NCBI GenBank assembly: GCA_035221665.1
Contig: CM069167.1
Span: 8,494,001 to 8,558,000, forward strand
From: Okamejei kenojei
Lineage: Eukaryota
Length of the DNA: 64,000 bases
Direction of reading: 5' to 3'
This document shows, one piece after another, positions 51,668 to 64,000 of the stretch. The translations under genes were made by a program, and so were the position numbers. Each line of letters begins with the position of its first letter. Position 1 is the stretch's first letter. The notes beneath the pieces were generated by a model. That model searched no databases. It worked only from the letters and a program-made list of their open reading frames with translations, and was not told where the DNA came from.

Positions 51668-52884
51668 GTAAGTTAAAATCCAGGCTTTAGTCTTCATCCT
51701 ACACGGTGATAAATTGCAAAAAAAGTTCAATTTTATATATCGTTATTATTTTAATATCGACAGAAACTTATATTATAGCCACAGCAAGAATCAAATAGTT
51801 TGCTTGTTTTACTAATGGACAGCCATGACATATATGTATATAATTTATTTTAAAAATAACCTCATAATTGCATAATTCCAGCTGACCCATCATTATATAT
51901 GGAGACAATAGCCCAGAATTTGTATTTGATGAAGAAGAATTTAAAGCAAATGTACTATTAATGGGAAGACCAGCTTTAATAAAAAGTGCATTCTATTTGT
52001 ATGAATTCCCTTATGTATAACTAACTAAAAATAAAAAGTAAATTTTGTTCCTGCCAAAGGAACCTGTTTAACCTTTCTGTTGGTGGCAGAAGAACCCCTG
52101 CTAATGAAAGATTTACTGGTTATAAGGTGACTGATGTAAATCTGCTGATATTTGCTGCCATTTCCCACTAGGCGTTTGCAGACATGGAGAACCCAGCCAT
52201 TAGTTCAAAGGTCCTTTATATTTTAAACTGGAGTCGCTGTTATAAAATATTGGAAAGATTATATTACAAAAAGCCAGAGTATAGTTTAAACTTGGTGGGA
52301 GCAAGCTCTCATAATTAAATGAAAGTAGTTTGCACCCAAATGAGGTACTCCACTACAGCATCTAATTCTTTACATCTGCTTACACTCAAATAATTTAAAC
52401 ACTGAAAATGTATTTGTATATAAGGGTTTTTTCACTTTCAGTGCCATTTATTCATGTTCGAAAGCACTAAGAAATAGATAGTACAGTGGTGATGTGGAGG
52501 TCCCTCTGCCAAACACCCAATGGAAAGGAAACAAAATGTAAAAACTGAATTTGACAATTTTTACAGTAAATTCAGATGTTTCAGAAATCAAGGCACATTA
52601 AATAGAATTAAGATATAGGTCAACAATATTATAATTTAAATACAGAGCGGTTTTGAGGCACTGGTGCATTTTCTCTTGTTATAATAAACATTAGTTTACT
52701 ATGCAATTACTGTGCAGTCCAGTATACATTGTTTCTGACCTAAATGCCGTGAACTTTCAGGCTTATCAAGAAGTTTTGCCAAGTGGTCAAACTGGGCCAA
52801 CTTCAGCTTTGCCCAACTCTTCATTTATTTTGCACATTCATTTTATCTTATATGTTTATACAACAAATTTGAGATTATACTAGT

Positions 52885-53215
52885 ATCGACACACAAGGCC
52901 CATTGTTGAGTCCATGCCGGTTCCCAGGGAGTAATTGTATAGTTTAATTCCGCCTCTTTTCCCAGTCCTCTTGCAATGAACTCTGTTCATTGATTCATTT
53001 ATTTTATTATCAGCCCACATGGGTTGATAATCTACAACAGCCAATTGACCTTCCAGGAAATCTTTGGGATTTGGAAGGCAATGGAATCACCCAGGGAAAA
53101 CTCATGAGACACAGAGAAAATGAGTAAACTGCACAGATAGCACCCACGGTCAGAATCGAACCCACGTTCCTGGAGCTGGTAGGCAGTCATGTTAACTGCT
53201 GTTCCTCTTGCTGCC
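52885..53215 (-). mobile_element. tRNA-headed SINE, decayed
   Basis: agaatcgaacccacgttcctggagctggtaggcag is a reverse B-box region. Confidence 0.6.
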
Positions 53216-54197
53216 CATGATAGGTCATAATTAACTGACATGAATTAAAACTAAACTTATCACAAAGTTATTGTCTTGAGATTTTTAGCTGTTGACATAT
53301 TAGAAAAACAACTGATAAATTCACAGAGCAGTGCCACAAATTATTACAACATAGTGAATTCTTTAATAATATTATTACAGCTCTCAAGTACAGTAATTGA
53401 TGGCCTCAGTGTAGATAAACACTACTGACTAGAACATTAACTGGTGAGATGATCTGTAGGTTTTTTTTGCTCCTTATAAATTTTTAACTGTGATGTCCTG
53501 ACTCCACTCAGCTACGAATATTTTATATTGTGGGTTTGTTCTAGATTTGATTGTCCACCATGAAATATGTCCATAAATGAGCTTTTAAAAAGTATCTTTT
53601 GCAAAAAGAACTTATAGCCCTGTTGACTAATCTGGGTAGATGTATTGACTAATTAGATTATGTGTTTAGAATTCTCATATGGTTTTCTGGGTGGCCTCAT
53701 GTATACAACAATCTCTAGATAACTTGAAATGAAAATATAATTTAAAAAAATTAAAATGTAATTTTACTGGAGCTCGTTAATTTTGCTACCATACTCCCTG
53801 CCCTGCTCAGCCAGGTTGATGGGAATGCTGAAACAGTTGCTGTGCCTGTTTGAAAGGGTCTTTGACCAACAGTGTACTGAGAAGCCCCACTGTTGACGGC
53901 TCGCACAGCTGTCAAACCAGTTCAGCATGTTCTGTCCTTTCACCCTAAACTCTAGTGCTGACGATTCTGGACAGCTGTACACAGGAGACCGCATAGAAAA
54001 GCTATTTCAAAACTGCCTTTCCTTTGTTTTTCTCTCGTTAAGATGCAGCATTTGGTAATGAAATAAAGTAGGAAACAGTTGCCTTGGCAACCCTGGAGGA
54101 TTGTAGTTGTACACTTCAATATCCAAACACACTACCCCATCAACAACCTTTCTGATTCGCTTGCTGTTTCACAGTTCTGAGCATTTTCAGCTTTTCA

Positions 54198-54740
54198 TCG
54201 AGTCGTAGAGTGATACAGTGTGAAAATAGGCCCTTAGGCTCAACTCGCCCACACCGCCAACAATGTCCCAGCTACACTTGCCTGCGCTTGGTCCTTATCC
54301 ATTCAAACATGTCCTATCCATGTCCCTGTCTAACTATTTCTTAAACGATGGGATAGTCCCAGCCTCAACTACTTCCTGTGCAGCTTGTTCCATACACCCA
54401 CCACCAGGGGTATGACAAAGTTACCCCTCGGATTCCTATTAAATCTTTTCCCCTTCACCTTGAACCTATGTCCTCTGGTCCCCGATTCCCCTACTCTAGG
54501 CAAAAGACTCTGTGCATCTACCCGATATATTCCTCTCATGATTTTGTATAACTGTATAAGATCTTCCCTCATCCTTCTGCGCTCTATGGAATAGAGACCC
54601 AGCCTACTCAACCTATCCCTATAGCTCACACCCTCTAGTCCTGGCAACATCCTTGTAAATATTTACTGAACGCTTTCAAGCTTGAAACCATGTTATCTTT
54701 TCTATAACATGGTGCCCAGAACTGAACACAATATTCTAAA
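54198..54740 (-). mobile_element. CR1-clade LINE 3' end (second subfamily)
   Basis: Peptide MLPGLEGVSYRDRLSRLGLYSIERRRMREDLIQLYKIMRG...GVWNKL. Confidence 0.92.
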
Positions 54741-55809
54741 CATTTTGTTCCTAGGCTCAACAGAATATTCATTTTTTAATTAGAGATTGCTAGTTCTCTC
54801 CCTACTTATCTATGTTAACCATTGGAATATAATTCCAGAAAAATATCAGAATTTTTGAAGCAGTGAAACATTTCTAAACATGCATTTGTTTTTGTTTCAA
54901 AGCTGTTTATTTACTAACTGGTGATATTTGGTAGGTAATAATCTCGGTAGTGTAGAAGTATTTGATAAAAATGTAGTTGGAGACCTTCACTGGCCATATG
55001 TTGTATTCTAGAGATAGATCTGCCGTTGTACAGTATTCATGTTCTTGGGGAACTTGGAACAAACTCAATTTCTACAATAAACTGATTTTAGAAGTGCCAC
55101 GTACTGAAGAAAAGTGATGTAGCTTTGTTATTCAAATACTTTTTAACAGTTTGAGGTTTGAGTTTGAAAGGGACGCTACTGCGTGGCAGGATTATGAATT
55201 AACTTTGCCTTTCTTATCGGCACAATGACACTCGTAAATGTGTCATCAGAAAGCAGCTGAGCCCAGGAAAGTGTGTGTTCATCTTTCACACCTGTGGGGT
55301 TGCTGGTGCTCTATAGTTACATACACAGTTCATCTGTTTGGTGACATTCAGATGAACAAGAATGGAAATAAAATTGCAACTCAGGATTTGGAGAAAAAAA
55401 TACCAGTAGGATTGACAAGTTCCTCTTTAGCATTATCTGTTATGTCACTGTTGCTAGTCCTCCAGACTTATCAATATTATGTCTTTACCTCCTGTGTACC
55501 TCATACCACTCTTCCAAACTAAACTAAATCTAAGCACATTCGGGTATCATCTTTTCAGTGAGAACCTTGGTAACTACCAGCCAGTTTCGAGCTGATCCAA
55601 GTAATTATGTTGATTTGAATGCTGCTTTGGAAATAATTTAATTTCTTCTTAAATTGAATTGTGTGCATGCATGTATTGACCCAATTTATTCATGTTGTTA
55701 AATGCTTTTTGTTTGTGAGTGTGTATGGCGTGCCTTTAGGGAGCCTTGACCAATGCAAATTTCACCAGGTTATCTTTGGTAGCTTGATATGATGAAACAT
55801 GAAAGTGAT

Positions 55810-56500
55810 AGCACTTGGATAGGGTGGTGAAGAAGGCATGTGCATTCTTTGTCGTTCGGGCCAAACCAGTAAAGTAGGAAAGTTTTGCTGCAACTGTATA
55901 AAACTTTAAAGGAAGGATGTGGAAGCTTTGGAGAGGATGCAGAAGAGATTTACCAGGATGTTAGTTGAATAGGAGTGTATTAGCTTCACCGAGTGGTTGA
56001 ATAAACTTGGATTCTTAGGCTGAAGCGTCAGAGGCTAAGGAGCAAACTGATGTCTGTAAAATTATGAGGGGCTTGAATAGGGTAGTTATTCAAGAGTTTT
56101 TCTCTCAGGGTGGAAATGTCAACTACTAGAGGGAACTACTAGACATCAGTCTGAAGAAGGGTTTTGGCCCGAAACATTGCCTATTTCCTTTGCTCCATAA
56201 ATGCTGCCTCACCCGCTGAGTTTCTCCCGCATTTTTGTCTACCTTCGATTTTCCAGCATCTGCAGTTCCTTCTTAAACTACTAGAGGGAATAAGTTTAGG
56301 TGAGAGGAATAGGGAAGGGAAAATTTAAAGGAGATTTACAAGGCAATACTCTTTTAAATATGCAGTATAATTGTTCTGTAACTTACGGTGGAGGTGGTAG
56401 CAGATTTGATAGCAATGTTTAAGAGGCATTTTGGTAGATACATGAACAGGCAGGGATTTGGACCAGAATTAGTTTAGATTGGCATCACAGACGATGCATT
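55810..56500 (+). mobile_element. Old CR1 3' region hosting a Penelope-derived insertion (56136-56275)
   Basis: ggagaggatgcagaagagatttaccaggatg. The insertion is flanked by aactactagagggaa at 56121-56135 and 56276-56290. Confidence 0.85.
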
Positions 56501-56727
56501 TGTTCTGGGCTGATCTTTACCTTTTTATGTTAAATGTACAGCTTGACATGACTCAGCAACAAACTATGCTGAATGCTAGGCCATTCAGTAACTTTCTTTT
56601 ATTCTTGTCTTTACTGACAGCTATAGGTCCACATCTCAGATGTCGGGGTTCAGCGGGGATGAGGGAAAAGATGATGAAAAATAGCTACCCTGTTATTTTT
56701 GCTAGAAATAGTCAGGTGTTTAGAATT

Positions 56728-56855
56728 GTTTAAGAAAGAACTGCAGATCCTGGAAAATCGAAGGTAGACAAAAATGTGGAGAAACACAGCGGGTGAGGCA
56801 GCATCTATGGAGCGAAGGAATAGGTGACGTTTCGGTTCGAGACCCTTCTTCAGAC
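56728..56855 (-). mobile_element. Penelope-derived short element with hammerhead-like core
   Basis: Reverse complement reads gtCTGAAGAagggtctcgaaccGAAAcGTCaccta...; it is an inverted copy of 56149-56278. Confidence 0.85.
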
Positions 56856-57386
56856 AGGGTGTTGTCCAAGCATGTTGAAGGTGAGCAAGGCTAGGCAAAG
56901 AATCCCTCAAGTGGGCTGCACGGAGTTATACAGAAATTAAAATGAGGTTCCTTCAGGTAAAACACTAAAATTCCGTGTTTAAAAATCAAGACTTTTCATA
57001 TAGAACATGGAAATAACTCGGATACAGCAATATCCCAGGATTTCTCCCCTCCTCGTATTGTTAGCGTTCAGCAAGAGCAAAACATGTCATAGTTAAGAGT
57101 CAGCATTCTTTGAACATAAAGGAAGGGGGGAATTTGTACGTGCAGAATTTTTTGACGAAACAACTGTACCTACAGACCTGTGTTAAATGGCCTTGTTGTA
57201 AACCAGATACCAATTTTGTAGTTCCTGACTGGCTCAAGATAGTTTTGTAACTACAAATATAGTTCATTTGGAAATAAGAAATATTTAATTGTGTAGCCAT
57301 AATCATTTACTGCATTAACAGAAATGTTTTGATTGAAATATTCATCAGCATAATTGTCTGCTTTCCTTTTTTTCCTATTATTTCAG

Positions 57387-57527
57387 CAGACAGATGAAGC
57401 AGCACAGACAGATGGACAACAAACGCAAAGCACAGAGAGCAGTGAGAGCAAACCCATACCTAAACGGCTTCACGTTTCCAACATTCCCTTTCGATTCCGT
57501 GATCCTGACCTCAGGCAAATGTTTGGG
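57387..57527 (+). CDS. RBFOX2: RBFOX2 exon with start of the RRM (47 codons)
   Basis: Polypyrimidine tract with cag|CAG acceptor and GGG|gtaagg donor. Encodes [12 protein letters not shown]...[23 protein letters not shown], the Fox-1 family RRM signature including RNP2. Confidence 0.97.
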
Positions 57528-58133
57528 GTAAGGATGAGCTTTTACTGGAACTCTATTCAAAGCTTCATAGAAAAAAAAATATTTCCCATTAAGTTAATAA
57601 TGTTCCTTCAGAAAAGGAATTTAAGAGCAATGCTTGGTGCAAGAATTCTGGTGAAAGATTTAAAAAATGGGAATTTAAATAATATAAAGAGTCTAGTTTC
57701 TTATAACTTAAATTTCATCTCTAGAGCTTGGGGTGCAGTCTTCATGGGACAGAGAAATAAGAGGGGAAAAATGGAAATTAATTTGGAAGATATCTTTCCA
57801 ATTCTGTGCAATTGAAATTCAACGGTGCAAAATAACTGGTTATCGATCTGTTTATATGTGAACTTTAGCACTATTTCTGACCCTTTGATTTATTCCTGTA
57901 CAATTTACTGTCGCTAGAGTTATTAAATTAACAAGTGCGGTTCTGAAACTGTTTGGTGTAACAATACCAAAATGCTAGCGCCACTGTATGTTTGCACCTT
58001 CTGTCTTCTATCGCAAACTTTGTTGGGTTGTACTCTTCATCTCATGACCTCACAACAAATAAAAATGAAAAGTATAATACATCATTCAATGTCATTGATT
58101 ATTCTCCTTTCTAACCCTATAGCTGAAATCCCT

Positions 58134-58881
58134 CATAGAAACATAGAAACATAGAAAATAGGTGCAGGAGTAGGCTATTTGGCCCTTCGAACCTGCACCA
58201 CCATTCAATATGATCATGGCTGATCATCCAACTCAATATCCTGTACCTGCCTTCTCTCCATACCCCCTGATCCCTTTAGCCACAAGGGCCACATCTAACT
58301 CCCTCTTAAATATAGCCAATGAAGTGGCCTCAACTACCTTCTGTGGCAGAGAATTCCAGAGATTCACCACTCTCTGTGTGAAAAATGTTTTTCTCATCTC
58401 GGTCCTAAAAGATTTCCCCCTTATCCTGACCCCTTGTTCTGGACTTCCCCAACATCGGGAACAATCTTCCTGCATCTAGCCTGTCCAACCCCTTAAGAAT
58501 TTTGTATGTTTCTATAAGATCCCCCCCTCAATCTTCTAAATTCTAGCAAGTACAAGCCGAGTCTATCCAGTCTTTCTTCATATCCTGAAAGTCCTGACAT
58601 CCCAGGAATCAGTCTGGTGCACCTTCTCTGTACTCCCTCTATGGCAGGAATGTCTTTCCTCAGATTTGGAGACCAAAACTGTACGCAATACTCCAGGTGT
58701 GGTCTCACCAAGACCCTGTACAACTGCAGTAGAACCTCCCTGCTCCTATACTCAAATCCTTTTGCTATGTATGCTAACATACCATTCGCTTTCTTCACTG
58801 CGTGCTGCACCTGCATGCCTACTTTCAATGACTGGTGTACCATGACACCCAGGTCAAGTCCCCTTTTCCTAATCGGCCACC
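58134..58881 (-). mobile_element. Young 5'-truncated CR1 LINE
   Basis: ORFs 58493-58843 and 58233-58475 give CR1 ORF2 C-terminal peptides; (catagaaa)n tail. Confidence 0.95.
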
Positions 58882-60465
58882 AATCATGACTGGGATCATC
58901 ACCTATGCACCACTGATATTTTTTTTGTTTCTTTAAAATTTGATTCTGCTACATTCCTTTTTCCTACTCTTTAAGATTCTGTGGGTGTCAAAAGCTTTCT
59001 TATACCCCATCCAACAAGGAATAACATGAGCCATTGTATTATTGGTAAGTGAGATGGACAAGGGGAAGAGCACTATATAATAATTTTGGCACAAGAGATC
59101 GCTGTTCAGCCCAGCGTTTTGATGTCCCTGTGTGGAGCAATTTATTCCAATTCTTTCTCTGCAATTCTTTGAAAGCATTGGTTAGTTCTGTTTCCAATAT
59201 TCTTACAGCAGAGAGTTCCAAATTATAATAGTCTTAACATATAAGGTTGTTCCTAACCATCTTTCTTATAGCTTGTGGTACTTAAATATATGCCCTGATG
59301 CTTGACCTATCCATTAATGGAAACAGGCTTTCTTTATATCCTCTCATGATTAATACAGATCCATGAAAACTCCCTTCTAATTTTGTTGCTCTAATAACAA
59401 CCCCAGCTTCTCCAGTGTAAAATACTGGTAATTGGTCAGGCCATGGTGAGAATACTGTATCCAGCTTTGGTCAACACCAGCACACAAAGTAACTATCTAT
59501 TTTGGAGAAAAAAGGAAGGTTCACTAGAATGATTCCACTAGATTTTTAATTTCTGTTTTGAGATGAATATGAAAAATTGCTGAGCAAAATCATCATGATT
59601 TAAATTGTATTTGATGCTCAGTTTTACAAACAATGAACTTTAATATCAAAGGATACAGTGAGGCATGTAAGATGGTCTTAAAATTTTGATCTTTCCCTCC
59701 AGCAGTTGAAGTGCATTTGAGTAAGTTTTTATTTGCTATATTTGAATTTACATTCTGGATTGCCAGTGGCAGTGAGTTGCCCTATTAATCTAACTACTTA
59801 GCCTAGCAGCAGATTCACAGACCCATGAAAAGTTTGCTGCTGGAATAATGGAACCACATTTAGCAGCATGAACCCCATGAACCAGAATGGCAGTCACCAA
59901 GAATCTGATCAAAGTGGAGACCGTGTAAAACAATAATTTGCATGTATCATGCACTTTCAATGCATGAAAATGTCACATAACGCTAACAGTCATAATCAGA
60001 AATGGGGAAAAAAAATATAGCCAGGGCAAAGAAAGATGTAGTGAGGATGTAAACAAAGCTTAGTGAAGGTTTTTTTTAAAGAGAATCTTAGAAACAAAAA
60101 TGAACAATGGAAAGATAGTTGAAGAAGATCAGAGAGTGTGGAATCTTGGTAACACAAAACTGTGTTGTCAATGGTGGGAGGAAAAAGTGCGGAGTCCAAG
60201 CAGTAAAGTAGTTGGAAGAACAGCATTCCGTAAGCTGAAGGATGGTTTTTAGAGAGAGGAAAGACCAAATAAGTGAACATAAACATTGAAATTATACTTT
60301 TGGTACCAGAGGTTCAGTTAACGTTTTCATGTCAGTTTGTGAGTGATCTTCTGCCAGTTTAGTATAATCCATGTATCAAAATCTGAGCAAATCAGTGGCT
60401 CATTAACATCATATTATGGGTGACAGAAATAGATTCGAGAAATAAGGTTACGTGAAGTTGTAGAA

Positions 60466-60600
60466 TCGATATTGAGTCCAGAAGGCAGCAATGTGTACAG
60501 ATGGAAAATGAGCTTGCATGGGGCTCACAATGCCACTAAAGGATGGAGACTGCAAAGCAATAGGCCAGAGTGGGATGAGGAGTTGAAGTGGCAAGCATTA
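60466..60600 (-). mobile_element. Old Penelope GIY-YIG C-terminal remnant
   Basis: Reverse strand reads ctc att ttc cat ctg tac aca ttg ctg cct tct gga ctc aat atc (LIFHLYTLLPSGLNI). Confidence 0.55.
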
Positions 60601-61226
60601 GGATGATTTTTGTCGCGGATTGATTTTCAGGAATTAAAACCTGTGCCCAATTAAATCAGTTGAATTAAGGGCATGTTACAAAATTGTTTGATTCCCAAAT
60701 CCATAATGGGTTTAGCCTCTGATCTGTGCAGTGGTGAGTAGCTTCTGGTCGAAATAATAAGTTAAACTTGGTACTCTGAGAGGCCCTGGCACCGGTCACT
60801 TTCCAGTAATTCCACTCAAAAGTCTGTCCATGAATAAGATGCAGGATCAGGTTTCTCCTTTGGGGTCATATAGCTATGAAAGCTTGCTGAATAAATCTTT
60901 CAAAAAGGCTGAATAGTGAGTCATTAAATATAGTCAAGGCCAAGTTAGACCTATGGATTATAGGTAATTGAAAGTTATGAGCATCAGGCAGATAAGCAAA
61001 CTTTAGGGTAATGATCAGATTTGCGATGTATGATCTTATTGAATGGTAGAGGAGATAAGAGAAACCATATGGCTACTCCTTTATCTTTTAAGTTACTTAA
61101 GGAAATCTAATATTGACATCTATTCCAGTAGGAGTCAGCATCTTTAAGTCAATGTACAAAGTAGAACTCAGCAGAATTTTGAACTGACATTTGTACTAAT
61201 AAATTCTTATTTTATTTTCTCTGCAG

Positions 61227-61280
61227 CAATTTGGTAAAATCATAGATGTAGAAATTATATTTAATGAACGTGGCTCAAAG
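61227..61280 (+). CDS. RBFOX2: RBFOX2 54-nt RRM exon (QFGKIIDVEIIFNERGSK)
   Basis: Acceptor ttttattttctctgcag| and donor AAG|gtaagc. The 18 codons continue the Fox-1 RRM; the exon is too short for the ORF track. The next exon (GFGFVTF) was not seen in the window. Confidence 0.96.
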
Positions 61281-62939
61281 GTAAGCACATGTTTTTTAAT
61301 GTTTCTGTGGTTATACTAATTACTGTATATAATTGCTAAAGTTGAACTTGTTGGCTGTTTTAAACTATTTCCAGCTTGTGGCATTTTCCAATGTTGATCC
61401 TTTTCACTGATCATCTTCATAATAGGATAGGTTGTAGTTATCAGCATCTCCCCATCCTCGTAATCGTCATTGTTTATAATGGCAACATTTTCTCAATGAT
61501 ATATCCATGAAGCATTTTATTGTTTTTATTTATTCCCCTATTGGTCCTTTATTAATTCCCATTCACTGAAACAACGTTCACAATTCAGAATTTATTGAGT
61601 CTTTCACCTGGTTGCCTTTACTATGTATTTAGTAATATGTGCAGTCAAGGCCCTATTTATTTATTTGCCAATACGTGATACCAACAATCAATGTGTTGAT
61701 TCTATCTGTGCGTGGGAACGAATTGGTTGTGTTTGATGGTGACAGAATTTGGAAAATGATGCTTGGCTGGAATCAGTTTCAGGTCACAAAACTATGCTGA
61801 TTAAGTAAACATACTTTAAAATAAGTTTCTGATTTTTTTTAATTATCATCCTATTCTGCTGCGCCTTCTTTCCCTTAAAGTAACATTTATCATATTACCC
61901 ATTGATATTTACTATTGTGGCGTTGAATTCATCTCTCTCCTCATTCCTTTTCAGACTGCTAATTTTTAAATTATATACTACTCTAATGTCAAGTTCCTAG
62001 TTTTATTTCAATTCTCCAGTTTATCTGAAAATAAATTTTCAAGGTGAACATTCTTCTTTTGTTCTTTTGAGAACTAGCTGACAGGCTTTTTAATCAAAGA
62101 GCTGCCATTAAAAGCCTTTTTAACTACAGAGCAGTTTAGAGATGTTCAAAAAAGAGAATGGCTCTGTCCTTTAAGGCAACTTAATTATTCTGCATTGTAC
62201 TTTTTTTTCCCATTACAACCCGTTTTAAATTGATAGATGAGCACATGCTCTTGGTTCCTGCAAACCTTGAACATTGCAAGAACACTGGAAATGAGGGTCA
62301 TTGAGGTGGGCTGCTATTCAGTAAACAACGTTGAAGCTTCATCTAGTTCTCTATCCCTTGCCATAATTGAACTGACTAGAAAAGGAAAGGTATTAACCTC
62401 CAACCTAATAAATGGCTTTGTGAAGACTGCAAATACTGCAGTTTTCTCACATTTACTTTATGAGCAGAGTGAGAGTGGTGGCAGCAACCCTGCAACAACT
62501 GCAGATGCAGCAAATCATGTCACCTTGTTAACCTTGTGTTTCTATTCATGGATCTTCAGTGGTGTTGAGGGAAATACCATATCAGTAAGCAACGTGATAA
62601 CTAGCTCAGCATCAAATTCCAAACTTGCCTTTGGTGCTCACAGCCCACTGAATGTAATATTAAATGGATCTCTAAAGTTGTAAGCTGTATTTTTTAATTA
62701 GTAAAAGCTTAAAAGCAAAACAATGGTGGTCTTCTGAGCTAGCCATTAATAGGAAAAGAGTCACAGTGATATACCACTAGTTAGCAATAGTGTCATTTTT
62801 GAGGTGATGGGCTTATAGTGTGACAATCCTGGGCTACATCTGAAAGTATGCATGCCCACTGGGAGAAATAGGAATGTGTTGTCTCATATGCCATCAGTAT
62901 GCTTGTATTTGTAAACCAGGCTTAAATTTAAATAATTGT

Positions 62940-63036
62940 TGTAGGAAGGAACTGCAGATGCTGGTTTAAACTGACGATGGACACAAAATGCTGGAGTAAC
63001 TCAGCAGGACAGGCAGCATCTCTGGAGATAAAGAAT
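62940..63036 (-). mobile_element. Penelope-derived short element tail (related decayed inverted copy at 63385-63535)
   Basis: aggaaggaactgcagatgctggtttaaac...acacaaaatgctggagtaactcagc. Confidence 0.8.
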
Positions 63037-64000
63037 AATGTGCTGTTAAATGACTAGTGCAGATAAAACAGTATACTAGAAAGGGTAGCAATTTCACTTG
63101 GAATAAGGACTGAGTATTGAGGGTATTTAATGTATTTGCAATGCTGGAAAATCAGCTTAATGTTTCTTAATGATCTATCACAATGACCATTGCAGTCAAA
63201 CAAAGTTTGGGATGGAGAGAGATGACCATATGTGATATCACTTATGATAATCTGATTTATTTATTATGAAAATGTTATGATTGTAGCATTTCACGGAATG
63301 TTTTTAAAGAGAGAATCTTCCATTTCATTGTCCTTTGCAAGACGTTTTAAAACAAAATGTAAATACAAATTCACTCCAAAAAAAAAGCTGCAGATGCTGA
63401 CAAAAGAATAAAATGCTGGAACCACTCAACAGGTCATGCAGCATGGTGGAATTTAAAAAAAAATCAACATTTCTGGTTGATGAATTTTCATCAGTACAAC
63501 CTTCTCTCCCCATACATGCTGCTGACCTGCTGTAGAGTTGTGCCGTTTTTAAATTTCTTCTTGCTTTGTTGTTTATTTCAATTTAAATCAATTCAATGAT
63601 TTCTGGAGTCCACTGCTGGATTCCCAATCTGTCTTTTCCCATCAATCCTACTAGACTGTGCTTGTGGACTCTCTAGTAATTGAGTCAAAAGCTGAGCAAA
63701 TAGATTTGTTTTTCTAACAGTAGATGCCCATTTTTGGAGGGGGGGGGGGGTGGAAGATCTTGCCTTTTTCTTCTGTGAAGTGTTTAGGCTCAGTCTCAGT
63801 TATCATAGAGCTGCTACAATCATTGCAGACATTCTGTTCTACCCAGCCTGAGCCACAACCCTCTTGAGCTGTCGCAGCTTTAAGTGGGATAGCATGGTTT
63901 TGAATGTAGAAAATTACTTGTAAATTATTCTCTTTCCAAACATTCATTTTCCATTCTGATCTCATAATAAATACAATAATCACCTTTGCATTTACCAATG

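Noticed and set aside
57528-57815. ORF read-through past the RRM exon donor
   Set aside because: After MFG the peptide loses RBFOX similarity and a good donor is present; this is intron sequence.
62237-62683. 148-aa plus-strand ORF
   Set aside because: No RBFOX or other domain similarity and no convincing splice sites; probably the antisense of an old LINE remnant.

Overview
AT-rich, repeat-rich vertebrate DNA. The repeat inventory (young and old CR1 LINEs, tRNA-headed SINEs, Penelope-derived short elements, Helitron-like elements) suggests a cartilaginous fish such as a skate or ray; this is an inference. The only protein-coding gene is the 5' half of an RBFOX-family splicing factor on the + strand, best read as RBFOX2. 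Its exons are a short first coding exon (24996-25022, MERKTMVSQ), the Pro/Gln-rich exon (51416-51667) and two RRM exons (57387-57527, 61227-61280). All junctions are phase 0 and the gene continues beyond the window. Nearly all other ORFs in the track are repeat or low-complexity artefacts. The leads most worth checking are: a candidate extra first or cassette exon at 2833-2877, a stop-ATG alternative-donor arrangement in the first exon, a 93-bp inverted repeat with two competing folds, minimal hammerhead-ribozyme cores carried by Penelope-derived elements, a candidate poison exon, a candidate recursive splice site, and a TIR element with a 7-bp target duplication. None of these is an established new system. 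All were read by eye, and repeat boundaries are approximate unless a TSD is given.
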